DNA from: Promethearchaeota archaeon
GTDB taxonomy: Archaea; Asgardarchaeota; Lokiarchaeia; Sigyniarchaeales; SOKP01
DNA: 44,140 bases
Direction of reading: 5' to 3'
NCBI GenBank assembly: GCA_016840085.1
Contig: JAEOTA010000067.1
Coordinates: 1 to 44,140, forward strand
Below the pieces are notes generated by a model. The model ran no database searches, was not told the DNA's origin, and saw only the letters and a list, made by a program, of their open reading frames with translations. Positions 8,866 to 17,590 of the stretch are shown here, piece after piece (position 1 is the first letter of the stretch; each line of letters starts with the position of its first letter). Both the position numbers and the translations under genes were made by a program.

Positions 8866-9771
8866 ATGGTTGAATTTGTAAGAACTCCGGATGAGAGGTT
8901 TGAGAATCTTCCTAACTTTCCTTATGAACCTTACTACATTGAAAATCTTAAAGGTTATGAAGATTTAAGGATGTGTTATTATGATGAGGGACCAGTGGAA
9001 TCTAATGAAGTTTTTTTATGTCTTCATGGGGAACCTACATGGAGTTATTTATATCGTAAAATGATCCCTGTTTTCTTAAACGCAGGATATCGCATTGTCG
9101 CCCCGGATTATTTTGGATTCGGGAGGTCAGACAAACCAGTTAAAGACGAGATTTATACGTTTGATTTTCACAGAAATTCCCTCATAGAATTTATAAAACT
9201 AATAAAATTGGATAATTTAACTCTCGTTTGCCAAGATTGGGGTGGTCTTTTTGGCCTTACTCTACCAATGGAATTCCCGAATAAATTTAAGCGTTTGATC
9301 ATAATGGACACAATATTAGGTACAGGGGATTTTGAAATCTCCCAAGGTTTTAAAATATTTCGAGAATTCGTAAATCGTACTCCTGATCTTGATGCAGGGC
9401 GCCTTATTAGTGGCAATACTCCAATATTAACTCCTGAAGAGGTTGCTGCTTATGATGCTCCTTTTCCTGACATAAAATATAAAGCAGGGATTAGGAAATT
9501 TCCCAGTTTAGTTCCAACTAGTTATGACGCTCCTGGAGCTGAAATTTCGAGAAATGCTCGAGATTGGTTTCAAAAAGAATGGGCAGGTGAATCTTTTATG
9601 GCTGTTGGTATGGCAGATCCCGTACTTGGACCTCCCATGATGCAAATATTAAGAGAAATGATTCCAAACTGCCCTGAACCAATGGAAATTAAGGATGCAG
9701 GACATTTTGTACAAGAATGGGGTGAAGAAATAGCTAAAATGGCGCTGGAAGCTTTTAAGCTTGAAAAGTAG
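8866..9771 (+). CDS. Haloalkane dehalogenase (HLD-I/DhlA-like alpha/beta hydrolase)
   Basis: RTPDERFENLP, CLHGEPTWSYLYRKMIP, GFGRSDKP, nucleophile motif CQDWGG, ADPVLG, AGHFVQE. Confidence 0.9.
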   Translation: MVEFVRTPDERFENLPNFPYEPYYIENLKGYEDLRMCYYDEGPVESNEVFLCLHGEPTWSYLYRKMIPVFLNAGYRIVAPDYFGFGRSDKPVKDEIYTFDFHRNSLIEFIKLIKLDNLTLVCQDWGGLFGLTLPMEFPNKFKRLIIMDTILGTGDFEISQGFKIFREFVNRTPDLDAGRLISGNTPILTPEEVAAYDAPFPDIKYKAGIRKFPSLVPTSYDAPGAEISRNARDWFQKEWAGESFMAVGMADPVLGPPMMQILREMIPNCPEPMEIKDAGHFVQEWGEEIAKMALEAFKLEK

Positions 9772-9862
9772 AAAGTTTAAAATAGAATTTTTTTTGTATT
9801 ATTTTTTTAAAAGACCATTTTTTATTAAAACAAACTAAATAACAAATTTAGAGGTAAGAAAA

Positions 9863-10060
9863 ATGCCAATTATTATGATTGAAGGTCCTCCACGTGATAT
9901 AGATACTAAACGGAAGCTTGTTCAACAATTCACAAAGATATTTAAAGAAATTTATGGATATCCTGAAGATTTTACTCATATCTCAGTAATTATCCGAGAA
10001 AATTCTCCTGAAAATGTGGGAACAAATGGAGAATTATTAATCGATAGATTCAAAAAGTAA
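9863..10060 (+). CDS. 4-oxalocrotonate tautomerase family protein (DmpI-like)
   Basis: 65 aa, catalytic Pro-1 (MPII), KRKLV..FT, ISVIIRENSPENVGTNGELL; GAGGT RBS. Confidence 0.88.
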   Translation: MPIIMIEGPPRDIDTKRKLVQQFTKIFKEIYGYPEDFTHISVIIRENSPENVGTNGELLIDRFKK

Positions 10061-10103
10061 ACTAAATAATTTTTTTTTATTTCTAATAAAATCTCTCTAA
10101 TTT

Positions 10104-11420
10104 TTATAAAATTAATTTCCCAAAAAGATTGTATCCGTCGACTTTTTCTATTTTAACATTCATAAATTTACCGAATTCACCATCATAATTATCTATAAAC
10201 ACATTTTTATAAGCAATATTCCGACCAAATGCCTGATGATTTTCAGATCCCTCATGTAATACTAAAATTTCACCTTCCCAATCTTTCCATTTTTCATTGA
10301 TATTTTCTAAACTATTTCTAAACACACGTGAAAGTCTTATTGATCTATTTTTTATTGTTCTACTATCAATTTGTCTCATTTGTTTCGCTTTTGTTCCCGG
10401 GCGAGCTGTGAATTTTGAAATATTTAAAATTTCAGGTTTTAACCACTTTACAAAATTAATTGTCCTATAGAAATCATATTCAGTTTCACCAGGAAAACCA
10501 CAGATAATATCAGTAGATATTGTAAGTTTTGGAAATTTTAATCTTAAAATCTCAATGTTATTAATTATATCAGGAATTAGGTATTTTCTTTGCATTGTTT
10601 TTAGGATGCTATTGCTCCCCGATTGAATAGGGATATGTAAAAACTGATATACTTTTGGGTGTTTAAAAATTGAAATTAATTGTTCTGTGTTATTAATTAA
10701 AAAACTGGGGTTAATCATTCCTATCCTTAAAAAGAATTTAAACTTCAAGTAAGTAATTTTATTAACTAAATCATATAATGTAGCACCATTAGATTGATAT
10801 GTGCTACAATCCTGTGAGGTCAAATATATCTGCTTAATCCCTTGTTCCAATTGATATTTTACATTCTGAATAATATTATTAGGGTTGTAGCAATTTAATT
10901 TTCCCCTGGCATTTTTTACACAGCAATAAGTGCAAGAACCAAAACATCCTTCTGAAATTGGAATAATTCCAGTTATTTTTCCAGGAGAATGGTTAATATA
11001 TATTTCAGCTTTGTCAATTGATCTTTCGGATTTAAATATTAAATTTTTTTTACCTTTTTTAATTTCTTTGAATATTTCAGGAAGCTGTGTAATATTATCT
11101 AAATCTATGATAGCAGAAAATGATGGAATTACTTTTTCAATCACTTTTATATAATTTGGAGCAATATGAGGTAAACACCCAGCAATTATAAAATATTTGT
11201 GTGGTACAGTTCGATAAAGCTCATTTAACTCTTTTAAGCGAGTTTTTATTTTATTTTCTGTTTGTTCTTTTACTCCACAAGTATTTATAATGACAAATTG
11301 AGCTTCCTCTATTGATTTTTGGACATAATTCGATTCTAATAATACATTTGTTATTATGTATGAATCTGCCTTGTTTGATGTGCATCCATACGTTTCTATA
11401 TAAAACGAATTCTCTAGCAA
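10104..11420 (-). CDS. mtaB: tRNA t6A37 methylthiotransferase, archaeal/eukaryotic e-MtaB (CDKAL1) type radical SAM enzyme
   Basis: UPF0004 domain (ETYGCTSN, INTCGVK, IAGCLP), CFGSCTYC radical-SAM motif, RIGMINP, HIPIQSGS, TDIICGFPGET, C-terminal TRAM-like domain. Confidence 0.88.
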   Translation of the reverse strand: MLENSFYIETYGCTSNKADSYIITNVLLESNYVQKSIEEAQFVIINTCGVKEQTENKIKTRLKELNELYRTVPHKYFIIAGCLPHIAPNYIKVIEKVIPSFSAIIDLDNITQLPEIFKEIKKGKKNLIFKSERSIDKAEIYINHSPGKITGIIPISEGCFGSCTYCCVKNARGKLNCYNPNNIIQNVKYQLEQGIKQIYLTSQDCSTYQSNGATLYDLVNKITYLKFKFFLRIGMINPSFLINNTEQLISIFKHPKVYQFLHIPIQSGSNSILKTMQRKYLIPDIINNIEILRLKFPKLTISTDIICGFPGETEYDFYRTINFVKWLKPEILNISKFTARPGTKAKQMRQIDSRTIKNRSIRLSRVFRNSLENINEKWKDWEGEILVLHEGSENHQAFGRNIAYKNVFIDNYDGEFGKFMNVKIEKVDGYNLFGKLIL

Positions 11421-11537
11421 GTGTAATTCATTTAAAAAGAATATAATACTTTATAAAAAGACCTTGATTATTGACTAATAAATACTTTTTTAAATTAAAA
11501 TAATCTAACACATTTTAAGCATAAAAGTTGGGTAACA

Positions 11538-11975
11538 ATGCCAAAAAAAATCAAATACGCATATTGTAAAATATGTAAACATGAAGTAGATAATCCCAGT
11601 AAAAAACCAATGACTACAAGTCAAAAAATTGGGTGGATAATTGGTATTGTAGCTACTTTGGGAATTGCTGCAATTGTTTTAGCATTTATTCAATCGAATA
11701 AACCTAAGAATTATTGTCCTGATTGCCATACTAAATTAGAATATTCTGACGAACCATTTGAAAAGCCAAAGAAAAAACCTGAAGAAATGACTCCTAAAGA
11801 AAGAGTCCTTGATAAAGCTGGAATCGAAGAAGAACCAAAAGAGAAACCAGAAAGAAAAAAGCCTGAAAAGAAAAAAGCCGAAACAGAAAAGAAGATTTTC
11901 TGTCCTTATTGCGGGGAAGAATTAGATGAAAAATATCCAACTTGTCCCTTCTGTCAGTCCGTTATAGAGTATTAA
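11538..11975 (+). CDS. LITAF-like zinc-knuckle/hydrophobic-anchor domain + charged linker + C-terminal zinc ribbon
   Basis: CKIC-(14 aa)-hydrophobic WIIGIVATLGIAAIVLAFI-...YCPDC; K/E/P-rich linker; CPYC...CPFC. Confidence 0.6.
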   Translation: MPKKIKYAYCKICKHEVDNPSKKPMTTSQKIGWIIGIVATLGIAAIVLAFIQSNKPKNYCPDCHTKLEYSDEPFEKPKKKPEEMTPKERVLDKAGIEEEPKEKPERKKPEKKKAETEKKIFCPYCGEELDEKYPTCPFCQSVIEY

Positions 11976-12114
11976 GTTTAAATATTACAATTCGAACAAT
12001 AGTTTTTCATATCAATAAAATAATAAAAATAAATAATAGATCAACTAATAATAAAAATATATAGTTTTGAAAACCAAATTTAATTTATTTATAAAAAAAT
12101 AAGTTGAGTAAATT

Positions 12115-12891
12115 ATGCCGAGAAAAGGAAGAAAAGCACCAGATAGAGAACCCCATCCCCTTGATGTATATAGTGCTTGGGATCTTCGTTATGCAAAAAT
12201 AATTTATTATGGTCTCATACTTGCCACTATAATTGTAGTATTAGGAGTATGGGGAGTAATTATAGGACTTATAATACCAGGAGGCGCCTGGGAGGCCTTT
12301 TTAGAACTTGATCTTGGATATCAGATAGCTATCATTGCTGGAGCAATTACAGGACACTTATTCTTATTAGTTCTATTTTATACAATTTTCCGTGGAGGAA
12401 TGGTGCGTTTATGTCAATTTATGTTTAAAGATCGAGCAATAGCAAATAAGTGGCAAGACTACTACGGGTTACGAATGCTTATAGGAATAGCTCTGATGGG
12501 TCTATATATCACAATTATAAGTCTTATTATCGGTTTGCTCCCAACCACATTTCTTAGACTTGTAAGAAATGTTTGGGATTGGATGGTAGATAATTTTTCA
12601 CCCGGTATGTGGATTATGTGGGTTGGGTTAGATCTTTTTATAATAGTTGCTATCATCTTTTTAGGTTTTGTTATTTGGAATCATGGAGTTTTCTGGGTTC
12701 TGAGACATGTTAAAGAAATAGAAGAAGAAATTAAAATTGATGAAAGTATTAAAAAAGAAGCTATCCAAAGTGCCGATGAAAGAACACTTAGGGCTATTTA
12801 TAAAAAAGAAATAGGGCAAAAAGCGATTTACAGAGGTAAAGAAACCAATGGATATATCGAGTGGAAAAAAGAACAAGGTGTAAAAAAATAA
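12115..12891 (+). CDS. Four-TM membrane protein with a cytoplasmic C-terminal tail
   Basis: 258 aa, four hydrophobic helices in two similar halves; tail YKKEIGQKAIYRGKETNGYIEWKK. Confidence 0.75.
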   Translation: MPRKGRKAPDREPHPLDVYSAWDLRYAKIIYYGLILATIIVVLGVWGVIIGLIIPGGAWEAFLELDLGYQIAIIAGAITGHLFLLVLFYTIFRGGMVRLCQFMFKDRAIANKWQDYYGLRMLIGIALMGLYITIISLIIGLLPTTFLRLVRNVWDWMVDNFSPGMWIMWVGLDLFIIVAIIFLGFVIWNHGVFWVLRHVKEIEEEIKIDESIKKEAIQSADERTLRAIYKKEIGQKAIYRGKETNGYIEWKKEQGVKK

Positions 12892-12937
12892 ATCTTTAAA
12901 AAATGAAAAAGTAATTTTTAAAATTTTTTTTTATTTC

Positions 12938-13870
12938 TTATCTTCTCATCATTCTTGGATTTCTAAACAACGTTAGTTCTTGTCTAGGCATTTTGTAATC
13001 TGTTGTTGCTGTCTTTCTCATCTTTTTGTATAATTTTTTAATCATCTTTTCTGCGCCTCTCATAAAATTACAAATACATCCAAAAAGTATCATATAGAGT
13101 ACAAAAGTTTTATCTTTTGCATAAGTTTCATCCGCAATCTGAATCTCAAAATTTTTTTGCACTCTTTGTCCGTCTACTCGAGCTATTTTTTGCTGACCAA
13201 TATAAATCCAATAGTTTCTTCCCGGTCCTATGATTCCTTTAGCATGAGCTATTTGAAGTTTATCATCCTTCTGTTCTGGAAGAAGTGGCCAAGTCCAACG
13301 TGTCCCCATTAATCTCCAACCTCTTACAACACGAGCTAGATAAATCATTCTCGGTACTTGCATAAAAAATACAGGAGCAGGATGTTTAATTTCATAACTC
13401 TGGACTAGTGAGTGGGCAACACTTAATTCAAGACCCCCTTTGAAATTACCTCCTTTAGGTTGGGCATCCATCGTTTCCTCCATTATTGTAAAAATACGGC
13501 ATGATAGACGTCTTTCTACAAGTGGTTTTTCTTCCCAGTCCTCCTTATTAAAAGCAATAATATATTTTTTCTCGCCATCAACTTCTACTAGTCCTTCAAT
13601 ATCAAAATTTTTGGAAAACCAGCGCGTTTTAGCTTGATATTTAAGTTGTTGGTGTATTCCTAACTCCTCATCATGTAAACGTGTTCGCCAAAAGTTAACT
13701 TTCAACTTTTTATATACTGCTTTCTTTGGTGGTATGGGTTTTTCAGGAGTAGCTGGTTCTTTAGAAGGTTTTTTTACCTTTTTTTTTGCGGGAGTTGCTC
13801 TTGATTTTGCTCTAGGTTTAGCTTTTTTTGCCGCTTCTTCTAATTCTTCTACTGGATCTTCTTCTGACAT
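12938..13870 (-). CDS. Putative Tubby-C/LURP-one/scramblase-like beta-barrel protein with a disordered basic N-terminus
   Basis: Many beta-strands ending GRNYWIYIGQQKIARVDGQRVQKNFEIQI, followed by the hydrophobic helix DKTFVLYMILFGCICNF; K/P/A-rich N-terminal 50 aa. Confidence 0.5.
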   Translation of the reverse strand: MSEEDPVEELEEAAKKAKPRAKSRATPAKKKVKKPSKEPATPEKPIPPKKAVYKKLKVNFWRTRLHDEELGIHQQLKYQAKTRWFSKNFDIEGLVEVDGEKKYIIAFNKEDWEEKPLVERRLSCRIFTIMEETMDAQPKGGNFKGGLELSVAHSLVQSYEIKHPAPVFFMQVPRMIYLARVVRGWRLMGTRWTWPLLPEQKDDKLQIAHAKGIIGPGRNYWIYIGQQKIARVDGQRVQKNFEIQIADETYAKDKTFVLYMILFGCICNFMRGAEKMIKKLYKKMRKTATTDYKMPRQELTLFRNPRMMRR

Positions 13871-14096
13871 AATTAATCACATTTATTAAAATTGTTTTTA
13901 AATTTTATTTAATAAAATTAAATCTTTTTGTTTCTTTTTTAATTTTTTCTTATGACAAGTTTAGTAATAAACTAATCATTACGGGTTTATATTTTTATTT
14001 GTATAGAATTAATATTCAACTCTTTGTATACTTAAATGCGATTTAAAAAAGAGATATAATTACAATGCTATTTTTAAGATTTACAATGAAAAGTTA

Positions 14097-17000
14097 TTAT
14101 CTCTGAATTTCTTGATGTAGTTTCTCTATAAACGCATTAAAATCTTCCTTATCAAATTTTACATTTAAAAGATGACCCAAAATGGGGGGAATATGCTCCT
14201 CTTTTATATAGACCGGAATCAATTTCAATAATTCTTTTTTCCTTCTTTGAAAGGCCGCTTGCCATTCGTCTTTAACAGCGGCAGATTTTACGGAATGTTC
14301 ACTACAGAATAAAACAAACACATTACATTTTTGTAGCGTTTCATCCATGAATTCTACGATATTTTGTTTGCTATCTGCTTCCCAAAATAATACTCTGTCT
14401 ATGTCTGGATAATCTTCCAATCTTCTTACAATTCTTGGCATATCGAAATATTCTGAATCTCTTGTAGAATAACTTAAAAATATGTTAAATTCTTTTAATT
14501 CATCTGGTTTTAATTTAGAAATTGTTTCTATTTCTGGAACATCTAAATCTTCTCGTGCTAATCTAGAAACACCCTTTCCAATATTTATTTCCTTCCATTT
14601 ATTATAAGTTTGAATCAATTCATCAATTTGATCTATATTTCTTTGTTGTTCAAATGCAATTGCTTTAGAACTCGCAAAATAATCACCAAAAATTTCTTTT
14701 TGCTGAATCATGTCTTGAAATACTGAAATAATTAACTCTTCATCCTCTATTCCAGATTTATCACTAATATCCGCAATTTCTAATCTGTGAAATTTAGTGC
14801 CTAAATCTAAAACAGTCTTTTTTATTTTACTAATCATCTCTAAATATAGATTATTACAATAATTTATACTTTTTTCACATGCTGCTGTGATATCGACTAA
14901 GCTATATCTTTTAGATAAATCTTTTACTTCCTTCAGTTTTTTAATAGCTTCTTTTATTTTTCTCTCTTTTATTAGGTGATCAACAAACGATAAGCATTCT
15001 TGGAGTTTATTTTCGATTTTAACTTTCTTTTTTCCATATACTTTTATTTCTTTTCCATGCTTGGGAATAAATATTCTTTTCCTCAAAATTATCGTGGTAC
15101 TTATACTGGCTATACTAATAATGCCAACAATTATACTCACTAAAACTATTATTAAATAATCTGATTCAGTTATAATTTTATTTCCTATGAATAAATTTCC
15201 TTGACTATCTTCAAGTACCCATTTTTTATTATTTTTCATGAAAATATTATTAATAATAGAATTATAGTTAGACTTGTTGAAGTATGTTCCAATTTGGTTA
15301 TATCCTATGAAGTTTCCTCTAATGCTGTTATTATGACTTGAGAATAAATAAATACCATTAAACGTGTTATAGTTTGTGGTGCTATTAAATACATTTCCAT
15401 TTGAAACATGTTCTAATTTTAGTCCCGCATCATCAATTCCTCCACTTGAATTAGAAAAAACACAGTTACTAATATTAAAAAACACACTTGAATTCCTAAT
15501 TACAAGACAACTACTAGCACGTTGACCATTAATTTCTATAAACTCGATAACGTATGGATCACTCTCAATACCGGACCCGCTACACCAAGGTTGAGTTACA
15601 ACTTCTTCCCATGTATAATCTCCCTGTCCTGAATCATCAATTACTAGGGGTGTTAAAATCCAAAATCCAGATACAATATTTATTTTTACATTATTTGAAA
15701 TTGTAAAACCAATATCATTGTAAGCCACAACAACAAAATAGTATTCTCCAGTTTTCAATCCAGAGATCGAATACGGTGATATGGCATTGTTATCTATACG
15801 AGTAGTATATCTTTTGCTAATATATGTGATAGGGATTCCTGAATAATATATAGAATATCTATCTGCTTTAACAGAGTCAGTCCAACTTAGATCGAAAGAA
15901 CCATCCTTATCAGGATCATCAGCTTGACTTGTTAATGTAAAATTTCCTGGTAAATTATGTGAATTATCTCCTACAAGATCATTGATACCCCAATATGGAA
16001 TTGATATTGTTCCGGTTGCGATGGAATTAGGATAAATAGTATTATTTGATGGGAGTATTTCTTTATTGCCATCCATTTGCCATTGACAGAATAATGCATT
16101 ACTATAAGACATCCCCTCTACTAAATCATGAGACATTGTAAACGCAATATTCCAACTAGCACCTGTAAATGGATTATTAATATCATTATTCTCCAATGTA
16201 GAAACAATGGTATTTGATTCGAAAGATTGAGCTTCAACAGCCGCATCTACTAATAATCTAACCGCATCATAAGAACCTATTCCTGTATAATATGGTTCTA
16301 CTCCATTTTCTTCAAAAAAGTTATTCCAAAATGGAATTGTCAGTGAAGTTTTCGATGTATTATAGACATATTGCATTGTAATTTCATATTGAGAGTGTCC
16401 AGTAGTTTGATCCCAATATTTATCAGATTGAGCAAGAGTATTAATACCCGTTAGTAAATATTTAGGTTTCAATAATCCATATTGTTGACCTACATATATG
16501 CCACGCTGTCCAGAGATAAGAGGGATGACTATTTGAGCTTCGGTAGCGTCCAATTCAGCTAAATAAGCACTTATATCTTGTGATGTTGCAGTTATATCAA
16601 AAGCAATATCTTGAATTATCGTGTAACTTGGATTTAATGAAGGAAGAACAGCAGTTAATGCATTTGCGAGAGAATCAGTCCAAGCTAAATCTTCCCGGAG
16701 AATAGCAAATTTAGTTAATTCTCCCCCATATTTTTCGGATAAATTAATCGCAAGAAAATTGAGGTAGGATGAAAGTTCTTTTACTAATGATGTTGTATTA
16801 ATCGGCATTACTCTGAAAAAATATTTATAATGCGAATAATCAGATATTACATTTTGACATAAGTGGTCTGTTGGGCAACCAGTACAAATAAAAGGAATTT
16901 GAGCGTTCATAATAACCTCTTGATACGCCATTATCGATTCAGTACGATAACCACCTATAATAAAATGAGGATCATGAACATCAACCATTTTCAGTGCAGC

Positions 17001-17387
17001 GGCGACACCTTTAGGAATATCTAAGTTGGGATTAGCCTCATCAGTATCTTCTGCTACAAGTCCAATATAATACTGATCCCCATCAATTGAGACCTCTCCT
17101 GCCTTATTAATCTCTCTTGCTGCTAAAATTGCTCCCTTCCAAGCATGATCTCCAGTAATATCATTCATATCACCAAGAATTCCAATTTTAAGTATCTGAC
17201 TTGTTGGAATTGATCCTGAGACACCTGGGACCGTATAACTTCCTACAGTTATATCAGATAAAACAATTTTACTTTTAGTATCCTCATTGCTATCTTGGTC
17301 ATTTAAATTAACTTTTTTTATTTGTATCAAGAAGCTGGTGGATAATAGAAAAATAGAAAGATATAAAAAAATATTTTTGTACTTCAT
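14097..17387 (-). CDS. Single-pass receptor-like protein: signal/anchor + LivK-type (PBP1) solute-binding domain + FN3 + NosD/CASH beta-helix + TM + PCI/winged helix + TIR domain
   Basis: LKIGILGDM..GAILAAREINKAG, IIGGYRTE, YFFRVMP, GSYDAVRLL (PBP1); FDLSWTDSVKADRYSIY..GLKTGEYYFVVVAYN (FN3); GSGIESDPYVI and GIYLFSSHNNSIRGN (beta-helix); TM YLIIVLVSIIVGIISIASISTTIIL-RKR; KKTVLDLGTKFHRLEIADISDK..MIQQKEIFGDY (PCI); IFLSYSTRD..CNVFVLFCSEHSVKSAAVKDEWQAA..LIPVY (TIR). Confidence 0.88.
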   Translation of the reverse strand: MKYKNIFLYLSIFLLSTSFLIQIKKVNLNDQDSNEDTKSKIVLSDITVGSYTVPGVSGSIPTSQILKIGILGDMNDITGDHAWKGAILAAREINKAGEVSIDGDQYYIGLVAEDTDEANPNLDIPKGVAAALKMVDVHDPHFIIGGYRTESIMAYQEVIMNAQIPFICTGCPTDHLCQNVISDYSHYKYFFRVMPINTTSLVKELSSYLNFLAINLSEKYGGELTKFAILREDLAWTDSLANALTAVLPSLNPSYTIIQDIAFDITATSQDISAYLAELDATEAQIVIPLISGQRGIYVGQQYGLLKPKYLLTGINTLAQSDKYWDQTTGHSQYEITMQYVYNTSKTSLTIPFWNNFFEENGVEPYYTGIGSYDAVRLLVDAAVEAQSFESNTIVSTLENNDINNPFTGASWNIAFTMSHDLVEGMSYSNALFCQWQMDGNKEILPSNNTIYPNSIATGTISIPYWGINDLVGDNSHNLPGNFTLTSQADDPDKDGSFDLSWTDSVKADRYSIYYSGIPITYISKRYTTRIDNNAISPYSISGLKTGEYYFVVVAYNDIGFTISNNVKINIVSGFWILTPLVIDDSGQGDYTWEEVVTQPWCSGSGIESDPYVIEFIEINGQRASSCLVIRNSSVFFNISNCVFSNSSGGIDDAGLKLEHVSNGNVFNSTTNYNTFNGIYLFSSHNNSIRGNFIGYNQIGTYFNKSNYNSIINNIFMKNNKKWVLEDSQGNLFIGNKIITESDYLIIVLVSIIVGIISIASISTTIILRKRIFIPKHGKEIKVYGKKKVKIENKLQECLSFVDHLIKERKIKEAIKKLKEVKDLSKRYSLVDITAACEKSINYCNNLYLEMISKIKKTVLDLGTKFHRLEIADISDKSGIEDEELIISVFQDMIQQKEIFGDYFASSKAIAFEQQRNIDQIDELIQTYNKWKEINIGKGVSRLAREDLDVPEIETISKLKPDELKEFNIFLSYSTRDSEYFDMPRIVRRLEDYPDIDRVLFWEADSKQNIVEFMDETLQKCNVFVLFCSEHSVKSAAVKDEWQAAFQRRKKELLKLIPVYIKEEHIPPILGHLLNVKFDKEDFNAFIEKLHQEIQR

Positions 17388-17590
17388 TGAATCTTATTGT
17401 TGAAATTGGATATAGTTAAATAAGATATTTACAAATAAAAGATTTATTTTTGTTCTGCTTTTTTAAAAAAATATCGAGAAAAAAATAAATGAAGTAGTTG
17501 ATTGTGTGATATCGCTAAATTATTGAGGTTCTGAATCAGATAAAAATCCCGTTTTTTTAAATAAACTTTTCGGAAATTAAAAAAAGGAAA

